DNA from: Opitutales bacterium
GTDB taxonomy: Bacteria; Verrucomicrobiota; Verrucomicrobiia; Opitutales; PNEW01
Direction of reading: 5' to 3'
Length of the DNA stretch: 64,000 bases
NCBI GenBank assembly: GCA_965219535.1
Contig: CBDCNV010000002.1
Coordinates: 2,154,981-2,218,980, forward strand
The position numbers were made by a program, and so were the translations under genes. This document shows, in pieces, positions 1 through 10,158 of this stretch; the first letter of the stretch is position 1; each line of letters starts with the position of its first letter. The notes under the pieces are model-generated. The model did no database searches. It had not been told where the DNA came from and was given only the letters and a program-made list of their open reading frames with translations.

Positions 1-2
1 AA

Positions 3-467
3 GTTATCGAAGAATCAGAGCTCGGGGAACCCGATCGCAGTCTACTCGCACATTGCAGCGATATGACGACAAAACTCGAGACCTTTCACCACGGCACTAT
101 TGAACTCCTGGTGTTACAGTGCTCGATGGAAAGTGATTCGCACCGTCGCGAAGTTGTCCTACGAATTAAAGGAAGTGAAAAACCGGTAGAATATGGTGCA
201 ATCGATATAAATCTCGCAGCATTTAATGAACAGGTTCGTGAGATAATTATTCGGGGTCAGCGCCCGTTGGGAGGAATCTTAACTGACTTTAATATAAATT
301 ACAAAAGCGAGCCGATGGCATTCATCAAAGTTACCTCTAATGCCAACATTAATAAGGCACTTGGGCTCACTGAATCGCGGGTCCTTTATGGGAGGCGCAA
401 TGTGTTGAAAGGAGACTTGGGAATAGACATAGCGCATATTATTGAGATTTTACCTCCTTCTCAGTGA
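3..467 (+). CDS. chorismate pyruvate-lyase-like (UbiC/DUF98-type) protein; 5' end probably outside the window
   Basis: The frame is open from base 3 through the listed ATG at 63. The pattern REVvL...PLGgIL...LYGRRnvL...IIEILP resembles UbiC-type lyases. Recognised by eye only. Confidence 0.5.
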   Translation, partial: VIEESELGEPDRSLLAHCSDMTTKLETFHHGTIELLVLQCSMESDSHRREVVLRIKGSEKPVEYGAIDINLAAFNEQVREIIIRGQRPLGGILTDFNINYKSEPMAFIKVTSNANINKALGLTESRVLYGRRNVLKGDLGIDIAHIIEILPPSQ

Positions 468-486
468 GGAGTATAAACTAGAGCTG

Positions 487-1746
487 ATGGATGGAAAACA
501 CCGATATGATGTTCTTATCATAGGGGGTGGTCCCGCTGGATCGACCGCGGCGGCAATACTTGCGGAGAAAGGACATAAAGTTCTCATTCTTGAAAAAGAG
601 AAATTTCCGCGCTATCACATCGGTGAGTCTCTTATGCCCTTTTGCTATTTCACTCTTGAGCGGCTAGGTGTCGTCAATGAATTGAGAAAATCAGCTTATC
701 CAAAAAAATACAGTGTTCAATTTATTCGTGAGACCGGTGAAGTTTCGCAACCGTTTTACTTTTTTCAACATTTCGATCATGAAGCTTCAACCACTTGGCA
801 GGTTCCGCGTTCCGAATTTGACTTAATGCTGCTCAATAACGCGCGTGACCGGGGAGCGGAAGTCCGCGAGCAGACAACGGTGAAGCGATTGATTAAAGAA
901 GAGGGGGTTGTGGTTGGGGTAGAGGCAGTGACCGACAGTGGTGAACAATTGGACTTAAAAGCACCAGTAACTATCGATGCCTCCGGACGTGATTGTGTAT
1001 GTGCGGCCAAAGAAGGATGGCGTGTTCGCGATCCGGAGCTGAATAAAATATCGATTTGGACCTATTACAGTGGAGCAAAGCGTGATCCGGGCCTTGATGC
1101 CGGTGCAACGACGATTGCATATATCGCAGAGAAGGGTTGGTTCTGGTATATCCCACTGCCAGATGATAGGGTGAGTGTGGGAGTCGTTGCGGATCAAAAA
1201 TACCTCTATAACGAATCCCGAGATCGAAAGACGATATTTGAACGTGAGATTAAGTGTAACCCCTGGATAAAAGACCACCTCGATGGCGGTAATCAATTCG
1301 GGGCGTACTACGTAACCGGAGAATACTCTTATCGATCACGCTATTGTGCTGCAGATGGCCTCGTCCTTGTAGGCGATGCCTTTGCTTTTCTAGATCCGGT
1401 TTTTTCTTCGGGCGTGTTTCTCGCTCTCTGGAGCGGCGAGAAAGCGGCAGATGCGGTTGATAACGCTTTGACTGAGGGAGATTGTACGAGCGCACGCTTT
1501 GCTGATTATGGTGAAGAACTCTGTCACGGTATTGAAGCTATGCGAAAACTTGTTTATGCCTTTTATGATTTGAATTTCAGCTTTGGAAAGCTTCTTCATA
1601 AAAATCCTCACCTGCGAGGAAAACTTACCGATGGTTTGATCGGTGATCTCTTCAAAAAAGACTTTGATGAGCTGTTCTCCGCCATCGGTCAATCGGCAAC
1701 CCTTCCCGAACCGCTCAGTTATGGCCGCCCAACACTTAATAAATGA
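487..1746 (+). CDS. FAD-dependent halogenase-like oxidoreductase
   Basis: N-terminal GGGPAGS dinucleotide fold, a WxWxIP motif (GWFWYIPL) and FxxPxxSxG (AFLDPVFSSGV), all typical of flavin-dependent halogenases. The ATG at 487 (MDGKHRYDVLIIGGGPAG) is preferred over the ORF-track start at 442. Confidence 0.7.
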   Translation: MDGKHRYDVLIIGGGPAGSTAAAILAEKGHKVLILEKEKFPRYHIGESLMPFCYFTLERLGVVNELRKSAYPKKYSVQFIRETGEVSQPFYFFQHFDHEASTTWQVPRSEFDLMLLNNARDRGAEVREQTTVKRLIKEEGVVVGVEAVTDSGEQLDLKAPVTIDASGRDCVCAAKEGWRVRDPELNKISIWTYYSGAKRDPGLDAGATTIAYIAEKGWFWYIPLPDDRVSVGVVADQKYLYNESRDRKTIFEREIKCNPWIKDHLDGGNQFGAYYVTGEYSYRSRYCAADGLVLVGDAFAFLDPVFSSGVFLALWSGEKAADAVDNALTEGDCTSARFADYGEELCHGIEAMRKLVYAFYDLNFSFGKLLHKNPHLRGKLTDGLIGDLFKKDFDELFSAIGQSATLPEPLSYGRPTLNK

Positions 1747-3041
1747 ATATTTTATTTATAACACCGGGGACAGGAAGTTATTATTGTGGTGTTTGCATGC
1801 GAGATAACGCGTTGGTCACGGCACTGCGTCAACTGGGTCACAATGCTAAAATGCTGCCGATTTATTTACCGATTGTGACTGACGAACAATCAGTGAGTGA
1901 TGAAATGCCTATTTTTTTTGGGGGTATAAATGTGTATCTACAGCAAAAACTCTCTTTTTTCCGGCATACACCGACCTGGATGGACAATATCTTTAATAAC
2001 CGGAGTCTACTTCGATTAGCCAGTCACCGCAGCAGTATGACTGAGGGTGCTGAATTGGGCTCTATGACTGTATCCATGCTGGAAGGTGAAACTGGATTGC
2101 AAGCTAAAGAGATAACGAAACTTGTAAATTGGCTCTGCAATGAGGAGCCACCGGATATTATTTGTCTCTCAACTGCACTGCAAGTTGGGATGGCGCGTCG
2201 CATTAAAGAGGCAATGCATGTCCCCGTCGTCTGCTTTTTCCAGGGAGAGGATAGTTTTCTCGATGCGCTCGATAATCCCTATAGTGACAAGGCCTGGATG
2301 ACGCTTCGCGAACGGGTTGTGGATATTGATGTCTTCATCGCGCCGAGCGCTTATTTCGCAAACCTAATGAAGCAGCGGCTCCAATTGGATGAGAATAAAA
2401 TGCGGGTTATTCCTAACGGGATTAATCTGGAGGGATACTCGCCGTCTTCGAAAATCCCCAATCCGCCGGTGATTGGGTTTTTATCGCGAATGATGGAAAA
2501 TAAGGGAATGGATTTACTTGTTAACGCCTTTATTTTATTAAAAAGACGTGAGACTGCCAGGCAATATAAATTAAGTATTGCCGGGGTGGTGACAGCGAAA
2601 GATAAACAATTTATCGAAGAACAAAAAGCTAAATTAAAAAGCGCTGGATTAAGTTCGGAGGTGGAATTCCTTCCCAATCTCAATCGAGAGGATAAATTAG
2701 AATTTCTAAAAAAGCTCTCTCTCTTTTCTGTTCCAGCCAGGTATGGAGAAGCTTTTGGGCTCTATTTATTAGAAGCAATGGCTGCAGGTGTTCCCGTGGT
2801 TCAACCCCGTCATGCGGCTTTTCCAGAACTAATCGAAGCTACGAGTGGGGGTAGACTTTGCGAACCGAATGATCCTCAATCTTTGGCTGACAGTTGGGAG
2901 GACATTTTGGCGAATCCTGAAGAGGCTCGTTCGATCGGGCTGCGCGGTCGTCAATCGGTGATTGAAAAATTTTCAATTCACGACATGGCTAAAACAATCG
3001 AACTGACTTGTCGGAAATTAGTGCAATCAATTGAGAGTTGA
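1743..3041 (+). CDS. GT-B fold glycosyltransferase (group 1 / GT4-like)
   Basis: 432-aa ORF whose start overlaps the upstream stop (ATGA). C-terminal EAFGLYLLEAMAAGVPVV motif of group-1 glycosyltransferases. Confidence 0.75.
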   Translation: MNILFITPGTGSYYCGVCMRDNALVTALRQLGHNAKMLPIYLPIVTDEQSVSDEMPIFFGGINVYLQQKLSFFRHTPTWMDNIFNNRSLLRLASHRSSMTEGAELGSMTVSMLEGETGLQAKEITKLVNWLCNEEPPDIICLSTALQVGMARRIKEAMHVPVVCFFQGEDSFLDALDNPYSDKAWMTLRERVVDIDVFIAPSAYFANLMKQRLQLDENKMRVIPNGINLEGYSPSSKIPNPPVIGFLSRMMENKGMDLLVNAFILLKRRETARQYKLSIAGVVTAKDKQFIEEQKAKLKSAGLSSEVEFLPNLNREDKLEFLKKLSLFSVPARYGEAFGLYLLEAMAAGVPVVQPRHAAFPELIEATSGGRLCEPNDPQSLADSWEDILANPEEARSIGLRGRQSVIEKFSIHDMAKTIELTCRKLVQSIES

Positions 3042-3059
3042 TGTAATAGATTAATAATA

Positions 3060-3515
3060 ATGGCACACGAATTTAAATTAACAAGAATTGTAGAGTTTGC
3101 CGAGACAGACATGGCAGGCATTATGCACTTTTCAAACTTCTTTCGTTTGATGGAGGAAACCGAGCACGTGTTCTTTCGTTCACTCGGAATCTCTGTGCAC
3201 CAGGAAATAGGTAATCAGCTAATCGGATGGCCGCGTGTGAACGCCACCTGCGAATATTCACATCCGTTAAAGTTCGAAGATAAAGTGGAAATTCATCTCC
3301 TGGTTAAGGAAATCCGAGAAAAATCGATAACTTATCAATACCAGTTCCGAAATATTGACGGTGATGACACGTTTGCTGTTGCGCGGGGAGAGATCACGAC
3401 GATCTGTGTCCAATTAAATGTGAAAAATGGTGATATGGAATCGATTGCGATTCCTTCTCAGATACTCGATAAGATTGATTCCGCACCTCCTGAAATGCTA
3501 AAGGTGCAAGACTGA
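3060..3515 (+). CDS. 4HBT/YbgC-type acyl-CoA thioesterase
   Basis: 151-aa hot-dog-sized ORF. N-terminal pattern VEFAETDMAGIMHFSNFFRLMEE resembles the YbgC/4-hydroxybenzoyl-CoA thioesterase family. Confidence 0.65.
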   Translation: MAHEFKLTRIVEFAETDMAGIMHFSNFFRLMEETEHVFFRSLGISVHQEIGNQLIGWPRVNATCEYSHPLKFEDKVEIHLLVKEIREKSITYQYQFRNIDGDDTFAVARGEITTICVQLNVKNGDMESIAIPSQILDKIDSAPPEMLKVQD

Positions 3516-3541
3516 ACAATCAGTATTTTTCAGTTAATAGT

Positions 3542-4084
3542 ATGAAACACAAAAAAGGAGCTAAACCGAATATGAATTGGTTATTTTTTGCATTAATGAC
3601 TGTCCTCTTTTGGGGGGTATACGGAGTTTTTTTACACTCCGGTCAAATGGGTATGGCAGATCCTGAAAACGGGCGTTACAAAGCGTTTTTGTTTGTCGGG
3701 ATAGCGTATTTCTTTACCGCAATCGTGGCCCCGTTGATATTATTGATGATTCATGGTGCCTCATGGTCTTTTCCCGGTAAGGGAGTATTCTGGTCATTGA
3801 TAGCAGGGGTAACAGGTGCAGTTGGCGCTTTTGGCGTCCTTCTCGCTTTTGGAGCAAAAGGTTCACCGAGTGTTGTCATGGCTATTGTTTTTGCGGGGGC
3901 GCCCATTGTGAATGCACTCGTAGCATTGCTCTGGCACCCACCGGCGGGTGGATGGGGAGTCATCCGTTGGCCTTTTTACCTTGGTATTTTACTGGCTGCA
4001 TTGGGTGGTTGCCTCGTGACTTTATATAAACCCGCACCGACCGTGCATGTGAACAGGGGTGTTGTTGAGCAAGGGCATAAGTGA
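3542..4084 (+). CDS. small polytopic membrane protein (DMT/EamA-like)
   Basis: 180-aa ORF with about 5 hydrophobic segments, in an operon context. Confidence 0.5.
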   Translation: MKHKKGAKPNMNWLFFALMTVLFWGVYGVFLHSGQMGMADPENGRYKAFLFVGIAYFFTAIVAPLILLMIHGASWSFPGKGVFWSLIAGVTGAVGAFGVLLAFGAKGSPSVVMAIVFAGAPIVNALVALLWHPPAGGWGVIRWPFYLGILLAALGGCLVTLYKPAPTVHVNRGVVEQGHK

Positions 4085-5337
4085 TCGTAGAGGATAGTCA
4101 ACTTAAGCAGCTCCAGACGTTGCTAAAGGGGTTGGTCCCCACAAACAGTTTTTATTCTCAACGCCTGCGTGAGGCTGGTATTGATGAGTCGATTGGCAGC
4201 CTCGAAGTATTTACTAAAAATCTACCTTTTACTTTTAAGTCAGAATTAATAGATGACCAGGCGGAGCATTCCCCCTATGGATCCAATCTTACGTTTCCCC
4301 TCAATCAATACACCCGGTTTAACCAAACGAGCGCGACAAAGGGGAGGCCGATGATTTGGCTGGATACTCCGGAGAGTTGGGAATGGATGTTAGATAATTG
4401 GGCAGTAGTCTATGAGAATGCCGGTGTTATACCGGGAGATAAATTATATTTTGCTTTTTCATTTGGGCCTTTTTTAGGATTTTGGACCGCATTTGAATCG
4501 GCTACCCGGCTCGGCTGCTTATGTATTCCAGGAGGGGGACTGAGCAGTGTCGCAAGGTTAAGGGCGATTATTCAACATAAGGTAAAGTTTCTCTGTTGTA
4601 CTCCCACCTATGCTTTGTATCTGGCGGAAGTAGCGTCAGAGGAGAATATAGATCTCAATACGTCAGCAGTTGAAACGATCATCGTTGCGGGGGAACCGGG
4701 CGGCAGTTTGTCTCATGTTCGCAATCGAATCACTGAATTATGGAATGGCGCACAATTGTTTGATCATTACGGGATGACCGAGGTCGGACCTGTTGCCTAT
4801 CAGGATCCCAACGAGAAGGATATTATGCGCATCATAGAAAGCAGTTATTTTGCCGAAGTTGTAAATTCTCAATCCGGTGAACCTGTACGTTCGGGGGAAG
4901 TAGGGGAACTTGTCTTGACTACCTTGGGGCGATCGGGATCGCCATTATTGCGTTATCGAACGGGTGATTTAGTTAAACCGATAGAAATTGGTGAAAATAC
5001 AAATGTTAGAATGGGATTAGAGAAAGGAATCCTCGGGAGGTCAGATGATATGATAGTGGTGCGAGGGGTAAACCTATACCCCAGTGCCGTGGATGATGTT
5101 GTCAGATCTTGTCAAGGAATTGCTGAGTACCGCGTGCGCGTCAACAATCTTCAATCTCTGATCGAGGTATCCATCGAAATAGAAGTGAAGAATGAAATTT
5201 CTAATGAAGATATAGCGCACAAATTAGAGAGTGCGTTGAATTCTGTTTTTTCCCTGCGCATTCCGGTATCAATTATGGAGCGCGGTTCGCTTCCCAGATT
5301 TGAGATGAAGGCAAAGCGCTGGCACACCTCGGATTAG
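4081..5337 (+). CDS. phenylacetate-CoA ligase / coenzyme F390 synthetase-like adenylating enzyme
   Basis: 418-aa ORF with a GTG start overlapping the upstream stop. TSATKGRP in place of the SSGTTG P-loop, YGMTE, and the RYRTGD...GRSDDMIVVRGVNLYP motifs of the PaaK family. Confidence 0.75.
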   Translation: MIVEDSQLKQLQTLLKGLVPTNSFYSQRLREAGIDESIGSLEVFTKNLPFTFKSELIDDQAEHSPYGSNLTFPLNQYTRFNQTSATKGRPMIWLDTPESWEWMLDNWAVVYENAGVIPGDKLYFAFSFGPFLGFWTAFESATRLGCLCIPGGGLSSVARLRAIIQHKVKFLCCTPTYALYLAEVASEENIDLNTSAVETIIVAGEPGGSLSHVRNRITELWNGAQLFDHYGMTEVGPVAYQDPNEKDIMRIIESSYFAEVVNSQSGEPVRSGEVGELVLTTLGRSGSPLLRYRTGDLVKPIEIGENTNVRMGLEKGILGRSDDMIVVRGVNLYPSAVDDVVRSCQGIAEYRVRVNNLQSLIEVSIEIEVKNEISNEDIAHKLESALNSVFSLRIPVSIMERGSLPRFEMKAKRWHTSD

Positions 5338-5358
5338 AATAAAAGAGGATCATAAATA

Positions 5359-6054
5359 ATGCTGCTGGAGTTAAAAAAGGTTGATAAAAGTTATCCTGCA
5401 CCAGAAGGAGACGACCGCATCGAAGTATTGAAAGGTGTTAATCTGACCGTAGAAGCTGGTGAAGGTATCGCCATAGTCGGACCATCAGGATCCGGGAAGA
5501 GCACTTTATTAAATATTATAGGCGGATTAGATCGGCAGACCGCCGGAAAAATACTGATCGATGACCAGGATATTTTAGGTTTCGACGAAAAGGAATTAGC
5601 CTCTTTTCGCAATACAACGGTGGGATTTGTTTTTCAATTACACCACTTATTACCGCAATGCAGTATCCTGGAAAACGTTTTAATTCCTTCGATTGTAAAT
5701 AAAGATTCCAGCAAACGGGCGGAAGTGAAACAGCGCGCGGAACATTTGCTTGAAACGGTAAACTTGCAGCATCGTTTGACTCATCGTCCAGGTGAGATTT
5801 CGGGCGGTGAGCGCCAGCGCGCAGCGGTTGCGCGCGCGCTGATTAATAAACCTAAATTAATTCTCGCTGATGAGCCTACCGGTTCTCTTGACCGGGATTC
5901 ATCAGACGGCATGGCAGAACTTCTTGCGGATATAAACCAACGTTTAGGAGTGACCTTAATTGTCGTTACCCATGCATCTGAGGTGGCTGCGCGCATGAAA
6001 CGCGTTTTTACTTTGCAGGATGGTGAATTAAATTTGCAAAAGAAATCCCCATGA
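5359..6054 (+). CDS. ABC transporter ATP-binding protein (LolD/MacB-type)
   Basis: Walker A GPSGSGKST, signature ISGGERQR, Walker B LILADEPT. Confidence 0.9.
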   Translation: MLLELKKVDKSYPAPEGDDRIEVLKGVNLTVEAGEGIAIVGPSGSGKSTLLNIIGGLDRQTAGKILIDDQDILGFDEKELASFRNTTVGFVFQLHHLLPQCSILENVLIPSIVNKDSSKRAEVKQRAEHLLETVNLQHRLTHRPGEISGGERQRAAVARALINKPKLILADEPTGSLDRDSSDGMAELLADINQRLGVTLIVVTHASEVAARMKRVFTLQDGELNLQKKSP

Positions 6055-9000
6055 CGGCATGGAAGATTGTTTGGCGTAGTTTGCGCTACTATTGGCGTAC
6101 ACACCTCGGTGTAGTGTTGGGTACTGCGATTGGCGCGATGGTGCTCATCGGCGCATTGCTGATTGGAGACTCCGTGAAATACACGCTTAAGGAACTTGCT
6201 CTGCTACGTATCGGTAAGATCGATGTGTCACTCTATTCACCGGAACACTTTTTTCGCGAAGCATTGGCAGAAGACCTCAAGCGGGAAGAGAAGGGTGAGC
6301 TTGCGATTGCACCTGTAATTTTACTGCGGGGAAATGTCGTTACTCCTGACCGATCTCATCGTGCTAACAATGTGCAAGTACTCGGGGTAGATGATCAGTA
6401 TTGGCCGCTTTCATTTTCTGGTAGCACAAAAGAAGATCTACAAGCGAATAAAATGTACATTAATGAAAGTCTGGCTAATAAACTGGGTGTAAGCTCTGGA
6501 GAGACTTTAGTCCTTCGTATCGAAAAACCGGGATTTCTTTCACGCGATGCTCCTTTGTCAGGTAGCCATGATGATGCCGTTGCCATACGCGGTGTGGTGA
6601 AATCAGTTCTTACTGATAATGATCATGGACGTTTCGGTCTGCAAGCCACCCAGATCCCGTCAAATAATATCTATTTACCGCTTGCATTGATTCAAGAACG
6701 CCTGGAATTAAAAGATAAAGTAAACCTGTTGTTAGTGGGGAGTGAGGGTAGTCATCCTGTCACCGCAGAGCGCGCAAATGCGCTGCTTCAAAAGGAATGG
6801 CAGCTGGAGGATTTGGGTTTAAGTATAAAAACTCTAACTCCAGATAATGTTTGGGAGCTTCGTTCACAAAGCGTTTTTATCAATCCTTATATTGCCGATT
6901 ATGCAAAATCCATACTTCCCAGTTCCTCGGGTGTTTTGACTTACTTTGTAAATGGAATACGTGCAGGAGAGAGAGAGACTCCTTATTCTATAGTCTCTGC
7001 CATAAATCCATCCGTGCACGGTGATTTACCCAACAGTTTGCAGGTAGAGGAAATTGTCATTAACCAGTGGTTGGCTAAAGACCTTAAAGTAAAAAAAGGA
7101 GATTCTGTTGAATTAATTTATTATGTAGTTAGCGAAAGACGAAAGTTGGAAGAACAGACCAGTAATTTTCGGGTAGTGGACATCCTACCCATGACTCATC
7201 CCGGCTTTGATCGCAGTTCGATACCCGATTTTCCCGGATTGACTGACGCAGAAAATTGCCGCGATTGGGAACCGGGAATGCCTATTATCTTAGATCGAAT
7301 ACGCGATAAAGATGAAGCTTACTGGGATCAATACCGCGCTACACCGAAAGCCCTGGTTAGTCTTTCGGCTGGCCAGGAAATGTGGTCCAATCGGTGGGGG
7401 AATTTAACTGCTCTTCGAAACTCAGATCCGTCAATTTCACCTGAAGCATTTGAAGATACACTTCACGATCAATTTGCTGTCACTCAAGGTGGACTCTATT
7501 TTTATCCTCTCTGGGGAGTAACACTTGCGGCTACCGATTCACCGATTGATTTCGGCCAACTTTTTATTGGCTTCAGTCTATTTTTAATCGCGGCTTCAAT
7601 GATGCTGACTGGTCTATTATTTGTCTTCTCTGTCGAGCAGCGAAATCACGAGGCGGGTATATTGCTTGCAGTAGGGATACAACCAAAAATGGTTAGCTCA
7701 CTTCTCATATGTGAAGGCACACTTTTAGCTATCGTCGGCAGTATACTGGGTTCAGTTTTAGCCGTTTTTTATACCCGGATTGTCTTATATGCACTATCGA
7801 CCATTTGGAGTGACGCCGTGGGTATGGGATCTTTTTCTTTTTATGCGATGCCGACGACGATTGGAAGTGGGATTTTTCTCAGCGTTATCCTTGCGGTTAC
7901 TGTAATGTGGTTTACCAGTCGCAAACAGCTGCGTCTTTCTGTGAGCCAATTGCTCGGGGTAGAGGGAGTGCTTGAGTCAATCGAATGGGTCAAAATAAAT
8001 CATCGAAGCAAGAAAGCGATTGGGGTAAGCATAATCAGTTTCTTGATCGCAATCCTATTGATTGGAGGTGCCCATTTTTTGGGGAATAAAAATGAATCAG
8101 CGACATTTTTTAGCGCCGGAAGTTTGTTATTATTGAGTGGCTTCGGGTTTTTCTATGTATGGTCAGGCAGGAAATTTAAAAGAAGTGAAGACCTGCCGGA
8201 CCTCGCTTATCTCAGCGCCTTAAATGTGGGGAGAAAGCGCGGCCGTAGTCTGACTACAGCTGCAGTTTTAGCCTGTGGTGTTTTCATGGTTGTTGCGGTT
8301 AATGCTTTTCGTCATAGCTCCTCAACAACAGCTCCCAATCGCCAGTTGGGAACGGGTGGATTTGCTTTGGTTGGGGAATCGACAATGCCCATATACCACG
8401 ACTTGAATAAAGCATCGGGACGCCAGGCATTCGCGTTAAATGATGAAATTATGAAAGACGTCCAGGTAGTTCCCTTTCGGGTAATCGAAGGTGATGATGC
8501 GAGCTGTTTAAATTTGAATCGCGCACTTAAACCTCGCCTTCTAGGAATAGATTCAAACGAGTTATTTGATCGCGAGGCCTTTCGTTTTTCATCTTTCAGT
8601 GACAACATAAATTCTGCTGATCGTTGGCACCTTCTCAAAGCGGAATTAACTGAAGGATTAATTCCAGCAATCGCCGACGAAGCAACGGTTGTGTGGGCAT
8701 TAGGTAAGAGCGTGGGTGACACCCTGTCTTTTAAGGATGAACACGGACAGGTGTTTGATGTTTTTATAGCGGGGCTTGTCGCTGGCTCAATTTTGCAGGG
8801 TAATCTCATTGTCGCGGAAAATCGGTTAATCGAGAAGTATCCCTCACTGGGAGGTTACCGCTACTTTTTAATTGATGCGCCGAAGGAAAATGCCAAGTCA
8901 GTCGCGACACACCTTACGCAATCCCTGGAGATTCAAGGTTTGGAATTAATACCTGCCGGCGTTCGTCTCGCAGAATTCCAAAGTGTAGAGCATGCCTACA

Positions 9001-9374
9001 TTTCTATCTTTCAGGTCCTCGGTGGACTTGGACTCGTCCTGGGTAGCGCCGGGTTAGGTGTTGTCGTGGCGCGAAACATGTTAGAACGCCGACGTGAGTT
9101 TGCCTTACTCGAAGCCGTAGGTTTTCGCAAAAACCTTCTTAGGAGGTTAGTTTTTATTGAGCATCGCTGGCTTTTTATTTGGGGTCTGACGATCGGAATA
9201 TTGAGCGCTTTGGTCGCGATATGGCCGACCTTGCAATCCCGGAGTGCGAGTTTCCCCTTGGCTGAAATGAGCTTATTAATTTTTGTATTAGTAATAGGTT
9301 GCTATTTCTGGACTTGGTTTGCCGCGTTTGTAACCCTGCGAGGTGACCTGATCGCAACTTTGAGATCTGAATAG
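6051..9374 (+). CDS. large FtsX-family ABC transporter permease with two permease modules
   Basis: 1107-aa ORF translationally coupled to the ATPase. Two clusters of TM helices separated by large soluble loops, as in MacB/LolE-like double FtsX proteins. Confidence 0.75.
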   Translation: MTAWKIVWRSLRYYWRTHLGVVLGTAIGAMVLIGALLIGDSVKYTLKELALLRIGKIDVSLYSPEHFFREALAEDLKREEKGELAIAPVILLRGNVVTPDRSHRANNVQVLGVDDQYWPLSFSGSTKEDLQANKMYINESLANKLGVSSGETLVLRIEKPGFLSRDAPLSGSHDDAVAIRGVVKSVLTDNDHGRFGLQATQIPSNNIYLPLALIQERLELKDKVNLLLVGSEGSHPVTAERANALLQKEWQLEDLGLSIKTLTPDNVWELRSQSVFINPYIADYAKSILPSSSGVLTYFVNGIRAGERETPYSIVSAINPSVHGDLPNSLQVEEIVINQWLAKDLKVKKGDSVELIYYVVSERRKLEEQTSNFRVVDILPMTHPGFDRSSIPDFPGLTDAENCRDWEPGMPIILDRIRDKDEAYWDQYRATPKALVSLSAGQEMWSNRWGNLTALRNSDPSISPEAFEDTLHDQFAVTQGGLYFYPLWGVTLAATDSPIDFGQLFIGFSLFLIAASMMLTGLLFVFSVEQRNHEAGILLAVGIQPKMVSSLLICEGTLLAIVGSILGSVLAVFYTRIVLYALSTIWSDAVGMGSFSFYAMPTTIGSGIFLSVILAVTVMWFTSRKQLRLSVSQLLGVEGVLESIEWVKINHRSKKAIGVSIISFLIAILLIGGAHFLGNKNESATFFSAGSLLLLSGFGFFYVWSGRKFKRSEDLPDLAYLSALNVGRKRGRSLTTAAVLACGVFMVVAVNAFRHSSSTTAPNRQLGTGGFALVGESTMPIYHDLNKASGRQAFALNDEIMKDVQVVPFRVIEGDDASCLNLNRALKPRLLGIDSNELFDREAFRFSSFSDNINSADRWHLLKAELTEGLIPAIADEATVVWALGKSVGDTLSFKDEHGQVFDVFIAGLVAGSILQGNLIVAENRLIEKYPSLGGYRYFLIDAPKENAKSVATHLTQSLEIQGLELIPAGVRLAEFQSVEHAYISIFQVLGGLGLVLGSAGLGVVVARNMLERRREFALLEAVGFRKNLLRRLVFIEHRWLFIWGLTIGILSALVAIWPTLQSRSASFPLAEMSLLIFVLVIGCYFWTWFAAFVTLRGDLIATLRSE

Positions 9375-9381
9375 ATGAATA

Positions 9382-10092
9382 ATGATCGGTAGTTCGATAA
9401 ATAATCCATACACCACACTGTTTTTGGTTATCTCTTTTTCCCTCTTTACAGTATTCGGTCTAAATGGAGAAGGGATTATAAAACAGGATGCGTTGAGAGC
9501 CGGAAGTTGGGAGGAAATTTATAAGAATGATTTTTCAACGACCCCTTCGGGAGAAGAGCCGGAGGGAATGTTTGTTCTCGCGGGCGATTTCAAGGTTAGG
9601 GAAAGAGAGTCTAATTTTTTACTTATTTTACCAGGCGAACCTTTAGGTGATTTCGGTATCCTTTTCGGTTCACGGCGCCAGGACAATGTTGCTGTCCGCG
9701 CGCGCATCTCCTCCGACTTGCGAGGGAGACGGATGCCAACTTTTAGTATTGGACTGAATGGGCGCTCTGGTTACCGGCTTCGCGTCAATGCCGCCGCAAG
9801 ATCGGTTCAACTTTTAAAAGGTGGTGATGTTTTTTCAGAAGCCCACTTCGAATGGTTGCCAAATACTTGGATATGGTTGCATTTGCAGGTCGAGAATACG
9901 AATGACAAGCTCTGGATTATAACAGGTAAAGCTTGGCTCGGTGGCAGTCTTGAACCCGTGGATGCGAATGTTCGTATGGAAGATAACAAGATTTCCGCGA
10001 AGGGCAGGGCATCTGTCTGGGGTACGCCTTACTCGGGTAAAGCTATCCTTTTTGACGACCTGAGTATTTTTGTTAAGCGGGTGGAGGAATAA
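9382..10092 (+). CDS. hypothetical secreted protein (possible LamG/jelly-roll fold)
   Basis: 236-aa ORF with an N-terminal hydrophobic signal-like segment. No motif recognised with certainty. Confidence 0.4.
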   Translation: MIGSSINNPYTTLFLVISFSLFTVFGLNGEGIIKQDALRAGSWEEIYKNDFSTTPSGEEPEGMFVLAGDFKVRERESNFLLILPGEPLGDFGILFGSRRQDNVAVRARISSDLRGRRMPTFSIGLNGRSGYRLRVNAAARSVQLLKGGDVFSEAHFEWLPNTWIWLHLQVENTNDKLWIITGKAWLGGSLEPVDANVRMEDNKISAKGRASVWGTPYSGKAILFDDLSIFVKRVEE

Positions 10093-10109
10093 AAATCCAT
10101 AAGGAAGGC

Positions 10110-10134
10110 GGCCACGACGGAGCATGGCCCTCCA
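10110..10134 (+). repeat. short hairpin repeat (ggccacgacggagcatggccctcca)
   Basis: A near-identical copy lies in reverse orientation at 50083-50107. Both sit next to copies of the aaggtggaacgcgg repeat family. Confidence 0.7.
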
Positions 10135-10158
10135 TTTGAGTTTATTTTCATAAAATAA

